From sequence record PP968062.1: 64,000 nt of DNA, one strand, 5' to 3'. Under the pieces are notes generated by a model, which was not told where the DNA came from, ran no database searches, and saw only the letters and a program-made list of their open reading frames with translations. The position numbers were made by a program, and so were the translations under genes. Position 1 is the stretch's first letter. Each line of letters opens with the position of its first letter. This document shows positions 18,149 through 28,194 of this stretch, piece after piece.

Positions 18149-18325
18149 ATGAGTACACTCGTACACAAATACGTAGCATTTACACGTACCTTTAAACTGA
18201 CTGAAATCAAGATGCCTAAAGGCGACCGTATGGTGCGCGCTGGTGGTGGTTTCAATAAAGGTAAGGGGTTCGTTAGGGTTGACCTCGGTGCTGTCGGATA
18301 CCGTATCACACGCCGTGATAACTAA
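18149..18325 (+). CDS. Small basic protein (58 aa)
   Basis: GAGG RBS; followed by terminator. Confidence 0.65.
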   Translation: MSTLVHKYVAFTRTFKLTEIKMPKGDRMVRAGGGFNKGKGFVRVDLGAVGYRITRRDN

Positions 18326-18546
18326 CAACATAAATACCTTCCCTTCGGGGAAGGCTTATGCCGCTATCTTATGATGTTGGTGTCAATCACCGTTTACCAT
18401 AGGGCGAAGTTTTAATTGACTTCACCTATGCCGTTATGACATATAGGAGCACTATCGTGTTTGAGGCCCTATTACCAATCCTAGAAAAAGACCGTCATAT
18501 GGCCTATCCTTGTATACATCGGCATTAAAGAAGATGGGAGTCAATA

Positions 18547-20501
18547 ATGAGAATCGATTTTAAAAACTACAACGATGTTACTGTTACCGGTAGCTATCGA
18601 ATCTACCGTAGTTATAGACCTATCGATCCGAACAATCCTTGGGCACCTATCGCAGAGGTCCCTGTGGGTACCTCTGAGTGGTATGATCTCACAGTAGACC
18701 TTCAACGTATCGCTTATTACCGAATATCGATCGTATCTGATGGTAATGAGGTGATCGGCCCCGAATACTGTACGACTAAGAGATTCTACTCTGGCCCAGA
18801 AATTACAGATGATGCACCTGACATGGTCATTAGGGGTAATGCAGAGTACGGGTATTATGGTAAAATCGCGCAAGAGCGTGTCTTGCCAATTGACCAATTG
18901 GTTGATAAGTATACTGACATCAATCTGATACCGGGTACTGACATTACGGATATCTATTACGAGAAATGTCTCTATAAAGGCAACGTACTGTTCATTCCTA
19001 GTAAGCCTTTCGTACAAGGTAGCTTCAGTGATCTATGGCGTGCAGGGATTGCATACAGCAATCCCAATGCCAAGAATTATCTTAAACAAGAGTTCGCTCA
19101 GAATTTCTCAGACATCCCTCGGTCTACCACTATTACCATGGGTGTACACACCTATAAAGTTCGAGCGATGAATGAGGAAGAGTTTAGAACCATCTATCCA
19201 AGGTTGTATCCTACATCAGGACTTGGACAGACGGTGAATACAATTCTTGCCAACAGTACGCCGCATACACATGGATTGATTATTCCTCGTACCCAAGAAC
19301 AAGGGGAGCAGGTATACGCATACACCATCAATAATGCGGCTGAGCTCGTTGATAGAAACGCTGTTCGACCTATACTTCTAATTCTTGAATTGGTTCCAGC
19401 CGAAACGATATCATTGCACCTACTCCGACAGTAGAGCATTTGACTGATTTCAGTTACCCGAACCACATGCCGACCATAGGCATCTATAAAAATCGTCTGC
19501 ATGTACTGGGTGGTTTTGCAGGCAATCCAACGTTTACCAGTGAAGCCACTAAAACACACATGTCGTTTGCACTGGATGGCACTGATGCAAAAGTTCACCC
19601 TGACTTGTCCTTCGGTATTGGACGTGGACATATTCACGTATACGATGGTAAGATGTTCGTATTCCCCATTTACGACAAGTTCGATGGCGCTATAAGCGAG
19701 ACATTCATTGACGTAAATAACCATGACTTTGTTCATGTTTATACGGAAGATGTATCTGGTGTTGGTAGCTGGGTTGCCTTTCCGCCACCCTCGCCCGAGT
19801 TTAGACTGGCTATGGCCTCGGTTGGCATGTACCCAGATATAGCCACTGGTGAAATGCATTTCGTGATGACAAGTGGTCTCTCACCGATGGCGAATAAACT
19901 ACATTTCGCTAGAGTAGATAGTTTTAATAACAGGTGGGAAGCCAGGGATATACAGCCGATCGTGTACTCCAAAGGTGCTGCTCTCCACGTGCATGAAGAT
20001 ACGCTCTACTCTATTGGCGGAATACACTCGGATGGCATGCCAGCTTCGAAATACGTGAATCTCGTGAAGCTTAAACCACTGGCACCCATGATGCCCTTCG
20101 ATGACGTTCCAGTGCGTCGCGATACAAAGATGAGTGAGCTGGATTATAGTAACTCTGGTTATGCAATGTCTTGGAAAGATACAGTCTATTACGTTAATGG
20201 ACGTTTATTCCCTTCGGCAACAACCGATTGTATCTATCAGTACATCGAACTAGAAACCAGATGGGTTAGGATACCAATCGATCTTGGTCCAACTGGATAT
20301 CGACGAGAGCTGGCATCTGTAAGTCAAGGTAACGTTATCTATATTGTTCGATCCAAGGGTAATACCGACAACGAAGATAGGCCGATCACTCTACATCGAG
20401 TAACACTACTAGATCCAGATCAAGCACCGCTCTTACCCATTACTGGGGTAAACAAAGCTAACATCGTTAATAGACCATGGCGAGTGAGGTTATTTGCATG
20501 A
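18547..20501 (+). CDS. Virion structural protein (FN3-like + phiKZ gp130-146-type domain + kelch propeller), split by frameshift near 19403
   Basis: ORFs 18547-19434 and 19440-20501 join with one extra A; YRIYRS...YYRI, GP...GYYG and LHVLGG/LYSIGG motifs. Confidence 0.7.
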
Positions 20502-21663
20502 GTATTCTACTAACATTCCAAAATGCAAATTCACCTATGGTGACCGATATAGAGATCTACAGGTCTGAGGAAGATATTCCAGATGTACCAGTGGATCTAC
20601 CTATGGTGACGCTACCTGGCGATACGAGTGAATATCTCGATCTGACTACACATCCAGATAAACTATACCACTACAGATTCCGTGTTGTTTATAGGGGTAC
20701 TAGCCGAAGTGCAATGAGTGAACAGTTTTCATATAGAGACGAGGGTAACCTCGGTCCCGGTGAGACGCACAAAATGTACGGCCATATCCGAAATATAGAG
20801 TATTACGGGTTAAGGAGTTATACCTCTCGGATATTTACATTGATGTTGGAACTGAGATCAATCCACCTGATTACACCTATGGAATGTCGAGTGCATTTGC
20901 ATTCAATGAAAATAAGATGCCTAAAGGTGAACCCTACTATCTTCTAGCCGAGTTTAAGACCAGGGGACTGCAAACATCGTCGTACGTTGCCCGACAGATC
21001 GTTTCCTATTCTACTAAAGTAGATAAATACTTTAGAAACGGGGTTGAACGAGATTTATTGGGGGACTGGTATGAAGGATGTATTAGTGATACGATTACCT
21101 CTTATTGGTGGCCGAAAGTAGATGTTCTACAAAGACTATTGAATTCAGCTGGTCTTAGTGTACCTAATGCTAATGGTAATTGGCGAGTAGCATTCCACCG
21201 ATATAAAGCAATCATCGCGAATGATCTGTTGTACGGAACTACAGATGTTAAGTCGTTATACAGATCGGGAATGTTAGCCGCTGAAGGTACAATGGAAGAT
21301 ATCTTCACTCCAGATGAGATAGCTGCTTTTGGTGGACCAGTTGTACAAGGTACTAAGATCTACGATACAGGTAACAATGATAAATTACAGGTTCGTGTAC
21401 CAACATTCGAAGAATTGAGTGGTACTATTGCACGTCTGTATAATGCAAATCTTCCTGCATCTGGCGGTATCTGGTCACTCCGTGAACATTCTTCCAATAT
21501 CAATGATCTTTTCTTTACTGCACCGACTCTTAACCCAGCCGGGGAGAGATTCTGGGTAGCAGCGAATAGACAGGAAGGAACGGTTGAATTTAATCCAAAT
21601 CTCCCGAACCTGAAAGTACCACTCATCTTTGTACCGATCCAACAGTTTGAAGAAGAAGAATAA
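20498..21663 (+). CDS. Virion structural protein (same family), split by frameshift near 20808
   Basis: IEIYRS...YHYRF...GPG...EYYG continues in the -1 frame as VKELYLSD... into ORF 20884-21663. Confidence 0.72.
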
Positions 21664-21711
21664 AAAAAAATAAGGCATAAGCCCTCTCCCAAAGGAGAGG
21701 GCTATATGTCG

Positions 21712-22245
21712 TTACACCATTTCAATTACATCGTAGCAACGATGTTTACCTTGACCATTCCACCAGGCGAACTTACCAGAACGGTTGATGCGATAACCTT
21801 CGATCTCGGTCAACGGATTGACCGCCAGGTAAGTAGCGAACTGGGGATTGTCATTGTAGATTGGAAAACGATCAACAAGAAGCTTGGAGAATGGGAGGAT
21901 ATCCCGCATCGACTTATACAGCGGTGCAGTGATGACACGGTTGTATTCAGTCAGTATGCGATTGACCTCAATGAATGCAGGATCTTTTTCATCGATCAGC
22001 CATGGCGTTTCACCTTCATTTAGAAGGAGTTGTTCGCCGTAGATCGGTATTGCGATTTCATGGTCAGCTACGATAGCAAGACCACCTTCGTTACCAGTTA
22101 CTTCAGTGTGAACGATATCCCCGGTAGCATTACGTCTTTTAACCTGCCAGGTCATACCAAGAAGCTTTGCGGCATGGACCATACGTTCAACGAAAGTTTT
22201 GAAGGTGAAGAGTTCTTTTGCAATAGCGATTTCACGTTGGGACAT
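21712..22245 (-). CDS. Hypothetical protein
   Basis: AAGGA RBS before MSQRE; ends at bidirectional hairpin. Confidence 0.72.
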   Translation of the reverse strand: MSQREIAIAKELFTFKTFVERMVHAAKLLGMTWQVKRRNATGDIVHTEVTGNEGGLAIVADHEIAIPIYGEQLLLNEGETPWLIDEKDPAFIEVNRILTEYNRVITAPLYKSMRDILPFSKLLVDRFPIYNDNPQFATYLAVNPLTEIEGYRINRSGKFAWWNGQGKHRCYDVIEMV

Positions 22246-22258
22246 TTTCAATTTCCTT

Positions 22259-22342
22259 TTAAAAGAGTTGGATAATAGATACAACGACAACGACACTGAT
22301 GAACGACCACATCAATCCACGTTGTAGCTTATCTTTACGCAT
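22259..22342 (-). CDS. 27-aa membrane peptide
   Basis: MRKDKLQRGLMWSFISVVVVVSIIQLF fills the gap between two genes; not in ORF track. Confidence 0.5.
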   Translation of the reverse strand: MRKDKLQRGLMWSFISVVVVVSIIQLF

Positions 22343-22393
22343 ATCACGTTGACGACGTTTAAGCCGTTCTTCAGGGAGGCTACGCATTTGTAT

Positions 22394-23071
22394 TTACCTA
22401 TTTACGATTGGAACTGGTTGAGGTTTGTAGTTGACAGCTATCTTCCTTATCGCCTTACGAACGATCATCTGACGTACTCGATCACTCAGATTGATGTCGC
22501 GAGTGAGTACACCCGACTTAGCATTCCAATGATCGAAGCGACAACCCAGGATAGGGTAATGTGCTTGAGCCATTACCATGCATTCCAGTGGGTTGAATGC
22601 ATCACTAGCCGAAGTGAACACATTGTTCAGATGTTCTACCGCTTCACCACACCCGAAAATGATCGGCTTACGAGCAGGAGTGGAATAGTAGTTACTAAGG
22701 AACATGTCATGCGTCGATTGGAACACATGGAGAACATCGTCTTCATCAATGACAATGTATTCCGCATTGGGTGACAGTAGATGTTGGAAGTTCTTCGCCG
22801 TCTCGGCAATACTGTGGATATCATCACCGGTTTCCAAGAAGTTCAACCAGCAATGTCGATATTCGGTATCTCCCACCATAGTGAAGGCTTTTACTTTACG
22901 ACCCCAGACCTTTGCCTCCCAGTTACTCTCGGATGCAAGATAGATCTTGGAATGATCCAACTCAACGTAGTACGGTTTAGGTTTACCGTTCTCGTCCGTG
23001 ATATCGCTTTGGGTAATCGTAGTGACACGATCCACCAGCAAATCTTTACCATCCCAAACAACAAGCGTCAT
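22394..23071 (-). CDS. HslV/proteasome-beta-like Ntn hydrolase
   Basis: N-terminal Thr (MTLVVWDGKDLLVDR), SKI, MVGD, IFGCG at expected spacing. Confidence 0.6.
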   Translation of the reverse strand: MTLVVWDGKDLLVDRVTTITQSDITDENGKPKPYYVELDHSKIYLASESNWEAKVWGRKVKAFTMVGDTEYRHCWLNFLETGDDIHSIAETAKNFQHLLSPNAEYIVIDEDDVLHVFQSTHDMFLSNYYSTPARKPIIFGCGEAVEHLNNVFTSASDAFNPLECMVMAQAHYPILGCRFDHWNAKSGVLTRDINLSDRVRQMIVRKAIRKIAVNYKPQPVPIVNR

Positions 23072-23130
23072 ATTAAATTTTCCTGTTTTCAGTGCAAGAC
23101 GGAATAAAGCCCGCTCCTATTGGAGCGGGC

Positions 23131-23475
23131 TATTCGTTAGATCACCTCACTGGAAAGCCGGCCAGCTAGGTCGCCGAGGAGGTCAGCAACCAATCCAGTT
23201 AAGGTAACGCCACTCGGGGATACCCCTCTCAATCGGAGGTAGTAGCCGTCGTAACTTCAGATATAAAGACGGCCAAGTCAATATACCTGCTTCGGCTTGA
23301 TCCTTTGGCATGGATCGCTGTTAGTCTCTCCGAACTTATGCGGAGAGAGCCCACTTACACCGAAAGCTCGTGGGAATAAGGTGAGGTCACTGCGGCACCC
23401 TAATATGGCGACGGGGAGCCTTAGGGGAGATGATCCGGGTGACCTCTGTTCTGTTGGGACATTTGTCCTCGTATA
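23131..23475 (-). ncRNA. Candidate large structured ncRNA F (about 340 nt)
   Basis: Intergenic; promoter-like GTAATGATATACG at the 5' end, terminator 23105-23133; at least eight helices. Confidence 0.6.
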
Positions 23476-23497
23476 TCATTACATGCCAGGTATTCTT

Positions 23498-24028
23498 TTA
23501 CGTGAGCTTTACTTCCACGTTGACCGATTCGATTCCCAGGCTGTTACGTTTGGTCCGACCACGGGCCAGCAGATAACGAGACCAGGTTTCACCTTGGACA
23601 CGATCGAACTTGAAGAAAATGTGCTGAGTGATCATCTTGCTCAAATCAGCAATCTCTTTCGAGACCATATCGAAGAACAGGTTCTTGTCCATAACAGAAG
23701 CATCGTAATGCTTGAGCTGGACACGACAGTACTGGGAGTTTACCTCGTCGTAGAACTCGACCTCGGGTTCAGGTTCAAAATAATGGACCTTGTTACCCTT
23801 GAACTCGATACCATGAAGGATGACACCGATGTCGTCGTTATGGAAGAAGCGGTCTTTCACAGCACGGTTGTACTCAACAACCATTTTGTCCAGATGGATG
23901 CCACTTACCACTTCTTTGGTAGTGAAGAGGTAGCGACCATTGGGATCGACATACTGTTCACGTGCCCACAGGCAGCATAGACCGGTCGGAATGATTTCAG
24001 CGGGGATACGTAGATCACTGAGCTGCAT
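23498..24028 (-). CDS. Hypothetical protein
   Basis: AAGGA RBS before MQLSDL. Confidence 0.75.
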   Translation of the reverse strand: MQLSDLRIPAEIIPTGLCCLWAREQYVDPNGRYLFTTKEVVSGIHLDKMVVEYNRAVKDRFFHNDDIGVILHGIEFKGNKVHYFEPEPEVEFYDEVNSQYCRVQLKHYDASVMDKNLFFDMVSKEIADLSKMITQHIFFKFDRVQGETWSRYLLARGRTKRNSLGIESVNVEVKLT

Positions 24029-24482
24029 CGAGTTGTTCCTTCTTTGCATGAATGGATTTGGTGATGATGACGCGTCGTTCTTTTGCTGCATCGGACATTA
24101 TCGTTATTTGTTCTTGCATCTGGGTGAACAACAATAGTTCCAGCATGGTGATCAACATGTGCTCTATCCAGAGACGAACACATATTTTGTTCATGGGGGC
24201 ATCATAACGAAGCGGTTGAACCACTTTAGCCAGAGCTCCGGTAAGAGGGCAGGTGAAGCAGATGTGCAGGTTCTCACTGTCACTATCTTCAGCCCAATGA
24301 ACATCTTCCCCTTCTCCGTGAACCATGTTGGTTACATGAACCACGGGTTGATGCTCAAAGGCTTCCGGACGAGGTGTAACACCTTTCTCAACACACTGGT
24401 CAAGATAGATGTCACGAATTACAGCGGAGAGTTCTGCCGCTTCGAGAGACGGCATAAAAGGAAATTTGAGTGTTACCGACAT
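24015..24482 (-). CDS. Hypothetical protein
   Basis: AGGGA RBS before MSVTLK. Confidence 0.75.
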   Translation of the reverse strand: MSVTLKFPFMPSLEAAELSAVIRDIYLDQCVEKGVTPRPEAFEHQPVVHVTNMVHGEGEDVHWAEDSDSENLHICFTCPLTGALAKVVQPLRYDAPMNKICVRLWIEHMLITMLELLLFTQMQEQITIMSDAAKERRVIITKSIHAKKEQLDAAQ

Positions 24483-24544
24483 TTGTAGGTCCCTATTGTG
24501 AAAGGCAAAATAAACCCCTCCCCCGATCAAGGGGAGGGAGCTCA

Positions 24545-24705
24545 AGGTTGGTGGTGACACGAGTCACAGGGATCAGCCGATTGCGGACCCTTAAAAGTGA
24601 TGGGACTCTAACCCATCGTGTCTAACGTTGGATTTAGCCCAACTTAACCAAATTGTAAAAGAGCTATCATAAAGGATCAGGAAACGCATATGATGGTGCG
24701 TAACC
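24545..24705 (-). ncRNA. Candidate multi-hairpin ncRNA G
   Basis: TTGGT/ACCAA closes four hairpins; terminator 24513-24540 follows. Confidence 0.5.
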
Positions 24706-24710
24706 TTTAA

Positions 24711-25133
24711 CTAAACGATAACCTCGCGCGGAGGTGGTTCAACTTTAGTCCAATCCAAGGTTAGAGGAGTAGCGATCTCTTCCCTCATTTTGAACTCGAC
24801 GATGGTTCGTGGCCCGAAATGTTTAATTCCGAGTACATACCCTTCGATAATGATTTCGTACTGCCGACACAACTTACGAATGTAAAGTTCTATCTCGGTT
24901 TCAGTTCGAGGATCCTCAGGAGCAGGGCGATGCTGATGATCCCAGAATATGCAGAACTCTAGCTTTTGCCAGTTACTGAATTCCGGGTTGTAAGAAAACT
25001 GATGCAGGTGAGCTTGTTCATACTCTTCCCCCACGTAAAACAGCAAACTATCGGTGGGTTCCCTAGTCAACTCACTGAAGTCGACTTTTCGCCCACCACG
25101 GGTGAGATCAACGACAATGAGTTGAGAAGACAT
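24711..25133 (-). CDS. Hypothetical protein
   Basis: Operon packing with 1-nt overlap. Confidence 0.75.
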   Translation of the reverse strand: MSSQLIVVDLTRGGRKVDFSELTREPTDSLLFYVGEEYEQAHLHQFSYNPEFSNWQKLEFCIFWDHQHRPAPEDPRTETEIELYIRKLCRQYEIIIEGYVLGIKHFGPRTIVEFKMREEIATPLTLDWTKVEPPPREVIV

Positions 25134-25834
25134 CAGGCGCTCCGTCTGTTATCGGTCAGAGAGCGAATCACTCGTCCGTCCACCTCGTTACGAGTTTTGT
25201 TACGGGTACGTTCAACCACACGAAAGACATTAACATGGTCAGCATCGACTTCATAGTTGGCGAACAGTTCACCGAAGTTGTTGGTCAGAGACTCAAGAAT
25301 CAGTTTCTTCGCATCTTCTTCGTTTATGTAGTGATACAGGATCACGCCACGATGATACAGGAACAGCGGGTAGTCCTGGCCGTTGATCTTAACTTCAGCG
25401 GCAAAGCCACCGTACGACATGGTGTCCGAGTTGATATCTTCACGGTACACATCCAGCTGCACATTGTTGATGGTGTGCATTTGAATCATGTCATTACCTC
25501 GACCACCAAAGAAGGTGGGACGCTTACGACCAGTAACCACATCTTGGATAGATTCCATCAGACGTGATACATCGGTGACGATCTCAATTACATCACACAA
25601 CTTGTTGATGGCTTCGAGGAAGCGAGCGTTCACTTCATCGATTTCGAAACGTGTCCACGGACGGGTTTCATGATTGAGGATGTTGATCCCGAACCATGCA
25701 TAACCGTTGTTATGTTTTACCTTAACGCACAGGTGAGGTACATCATCCAGGCCGGACTGATGGTTCAGCGTGTAATCACTGATGCGCTTCAGGACCAGTT
25801 GTACGAATGGGAGATTGATGATTTTGGTCGACAT
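25133..25834 (-). CDS. Hypothetical protein
   Basis: 233 aa, RBS. Confidence 0.78.
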   Translation of the reverse strand: MSTKIINLPFVQLVLKRISDYTLNHQSGLDDVPHLCVKVKHNNGYAWFGINILNHETRPWTRFEIDEVNARFLEAINKLCDVIEIVTDVSRLMESIQDVVTGRKRPTFFGGRGNDMIQMHTINNVQLDVYREDINSDTMSYGGFAAEVKINGQDYPLFLYHRGVILYHYINEEDAKKLILESLTNNFGELFANYEVDADHVNVFRVVERTRNKTRNEVDGRVIRSLTDNRRSA

Positions 25835-25912
25835 GAACCTATTCCTATTAATTCTTTAAAGTTGATAGAGGCAGTATAAGCACTCACTAGATTATACTAC
25901 CCCAGTACATTT

Positions 25913-26602
25913 TTAGTGGCGGGTGAAGCTTTGATTCAGACAACGACCTAAAGGGGAATCGATGGTGAAGTTCTCCATGATCTCAATAGCTTGATCGATG
26001 GATTTGAAGGTAGAGACTTCAGTGATAGTGAAGCCGCGGCATTTCAGGATATCATCGGCCTGTTCGGTTACGAAGTTCTGAAGGAGCTTGTTCGAACGGA
26101 AGTGATGCGAATGTTCGATTTTCCCGATGTAATACATGAACTTGGTGAGCACTTCATGTTCATTAGTATTGCTATTGCGGGACTTGGTCAGGAAGTAGTC
26201 GCAGGTCTTGTCATGACGGATCACGAACACACGCCCATTGGTTTCTTTCCTGGGTGCGGTGCGGTGCAACAGCTGATCGCGATGCTCCAGTTCTTCACGA
26301 AGTTGATCAACACAGATCTCAGGCTTGGTGCAGAACCACAGATCCAGTTGTTGGCCGTTCTTTACAGCTTCTTCGATCGCCACCGGCATGTTAGCCATGC
26401 TACCGGACCGATAGCGTTGCATCACAGCCGCGAAAGAGGGGGATTCGGAGAGCCATACGTCACCGGTGTCACGGGTCACCAGAGCATACCAGCCTTTCTT
26501 GGCTTTCGGGGGAGTGGTGGTGTTAGTGAAGTCAGCCATGTACTTCATGATCAGACGACGGGTGTTTTCGTAGGCACGGGATTTGGTTTCAATAGCGAAC
26601 AC
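25913..26602 (-). CDS. Protein with two degenerate GIY-YIG-like repeats
   Basis: KGWYALVTRDTGDVWLSES and GRVFVIRHDKTCDYFLTKS. Confidence 0.5.
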   Translation of the reverse strand: MFAIETKSRAYENTRRLIMKYMADFTNTTTPPKAKKGWYALVTRDTGDVWLSESPSFAAVMQRYRSGSMANMPVAIEEAVKNGQQLDLWFCTKPEICVDQLREELEHRDQLLHRTAPRKETNGRVFVIRHDKTCDYFLTKSRNSNTNEHEVLTKFMYYIGKIEHSHHFRSNKLLQNFVTEQADDILKCRGFTITEVSTFKSIDQAIEIMENFTIDSPLGRCLNQSFTRH

Positions 26603-26679
26603 GTTGGTACTCCTTTTGGGTATTTGGATTTTCTATTTGATTAGGGAAAGCGGTGGGATTTCCCCACCGCCTTATGCCG

Positions 26680-28194
26680 TCAGACGATGTCTTTCGGGAT
26701 TGCTTTGATGAACTCAACCGCGTTATGGCGATGCTCCGCAAACAGAGCTTGCAGATCACAACCAGCGATCGGACGGAATACAACATCTTTTTGCACGGCC
26801 ATCTTCGGGAACATCAGTTCAATGTAATCACGAACTTCAGCATCCTCCAACAAACCAATTTCCCATTGATGGTCAACACGACCCTTACGGATCAATGCCG
26901 GATCGAGATGCTCGGGATGGTTAGTAGTCAGCAGGATCAAAGAGCCATCCAGTGGAACAACACCATCCAAAGCGTTCAACAAGCCAGACAGAGTCAGTCC
27001 ACCCATACGGGTATCTTCTTCACCACCGTTCACATGACGGTTGTGGAGTTCCCATAGACGCAGGAGCATTGGATCACCAGCAACGAACTCAGAGAGTGGC
27101 TCACCAGGAGCAGGTACAGCGTAACCAGCTTTTGTGGCATCACGATGCTGGCGAGCTTCTGTTGGATTGTACATCTGGTACCCAACGCGGAAGTCTTTAC
27201 CCATCATTTCCCACAGGCACATGACCTCCACTCCATCATCGATCACCTGATAGTTACCGAGTCCAAACTGAGTGATCAGGCTATCAAGTTCACTCACCTC
27301 ACCATCCGTCAGTTTCTTCAACGTACGGTTTTGTACTGCCTTGTTGGTATCGAAGTCCTCGATCATCAGGATGCTACCAGAAGGCATGGAGGTAACCGCT
27401 TTACGGAGGAGCTCATCGGAGATACTCGCCAGGGACAACCAATAGATGTTCTTATTGAATACCGAGGCGATAGCTTTACCGATAGAAGTCTTACCGGTAC
27501 CGGGCGGACCGGAAAGCATGACGCACATTTTGTACGGCATACCACGGGACTCATACCACTCCCGTCCAGCAAAGAACTCTTCGATCTTTCCGATGATCTC
27601 AGCTTTCTGTTCACGGTTCATGATCACAGTGTTCATAGCACGCTTAGTGATCGGGATGGAATCACCCCAGCGCATACCTTCCCACGGGATCACACAGACT
27701 TCTTTATCATCACCTCTAACACGGAACTCCTCCACCAGATCCAACAGCAGTTGAGTATTTCGAGTCAAGCCATGGATCTCAATCTGGAATTTCTCCAGAT
27801 GAGTACCAGAGCTGTCCAGCTTGGTACGATTGAACCAGAACAGACGACCCTTGTAGAAGAAGAGGTGGATACCGAAGCCAGCACCGATATCAGTGGTAGG
27901 TGAGGGACTACCATTCCATATCGAATTCATCGACAGCTTACGACTGAAGCGTGCGATGGGTTGTTGTTTGAACCAGGTCATGAAAGCGATGCACTGCTCT
28001 TCGTTCGGACCATGTCCACCGTTGTTCATAACCAGAGATGTGACTAACTGGCTCTTAACCACGACGAACAGCTTTTTAGGAAGACTGCGTGCCATCATGA
28101 GCAACCAGCCACCCAAACCAACACCAACCAAAGAAGCAAAGGTTGGGTTGATAGCCATGATTTCTTTATACCAGGTCATTACTTCCTGAATCAT
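26680..28194 (-). CDS. BCS1-like membrane-anchored AAA+ ATPase
   Basis: N-terminal TM; Walker A GPPGTGKTS; Walker B MIEDFD; LTLSGLLNALDG...TTNHPEHLDPALIRKGRVD. Confidence 0.9.
   Translation of the reverse strand: MIQEVMTWYKEIMAINPTFASLVGVGLGGWLLMMARSLPKKLFVVVKSQLVTSLVMNNGGHGPNEEQCIAFMTWFKQQPIARFSRKLSMNSIWNGSPSPTTDIGAGFGIHLFFYKGRLFWFNRTKLDSSGTHLEKFQIEIHGLTRNTQLLLDLVEEFRVRGDDKEVCVIPWEGMRWGDSIPITKRAMNTVIMNREQKAEIIGKIEEFFAGREWYESRGMPYKMCVMLSGPPGTGKTSIGKAIASVFNKNIYWLSLASISDELLRKAVTSMPSGSILMIEDFDTNKAVQNRTLKKLTDGEVSELDSLITQFGLGNYQVIDDGVEVMCLWEMMGKDFRVGYQMYNPTEARQHRDATKAGYAVPAPGEPLSEFVAGDPMLLRLWELHNRHVNGGEEDTRMGGLTLSGLLNALDGVVPLDGSLILLTTNHPEHLDPALIRKGRVDHQWEIGLLEDAEVRDYIELMFPKMAVQKDVVFRPIAGCDLQALFAEHRHNAVEFIKAIPKDIV

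Noticed and set aside
17434-21663. Stop-codon reassignment or programmed frameshifting as the cause of broken genes
   Set aside because: Breaks are frame changes, not in-frame stops; no suppressor tRNA; no canonical slippery heptamers
23150-23226. + strand GGAAAGCCGG...GGTAACGCC...GGGGATACCCC resembling RNase P RNA pieces
   Set aside because: No matching P4 3' strand (ACAGAA...GGCTTA) on that strand, and the promoter and terminator point to the minus strand
23320-23332. GAGAGACTAA on the minus strand resembling the group I intron R element
   Set aside because: No downstream TAGTC partner for P7 and no interrupted gene
23297-23980. 227-aa + strand ORF
   Set aside because: TTG start, antisense to a well-supported gene, runs through the structured region
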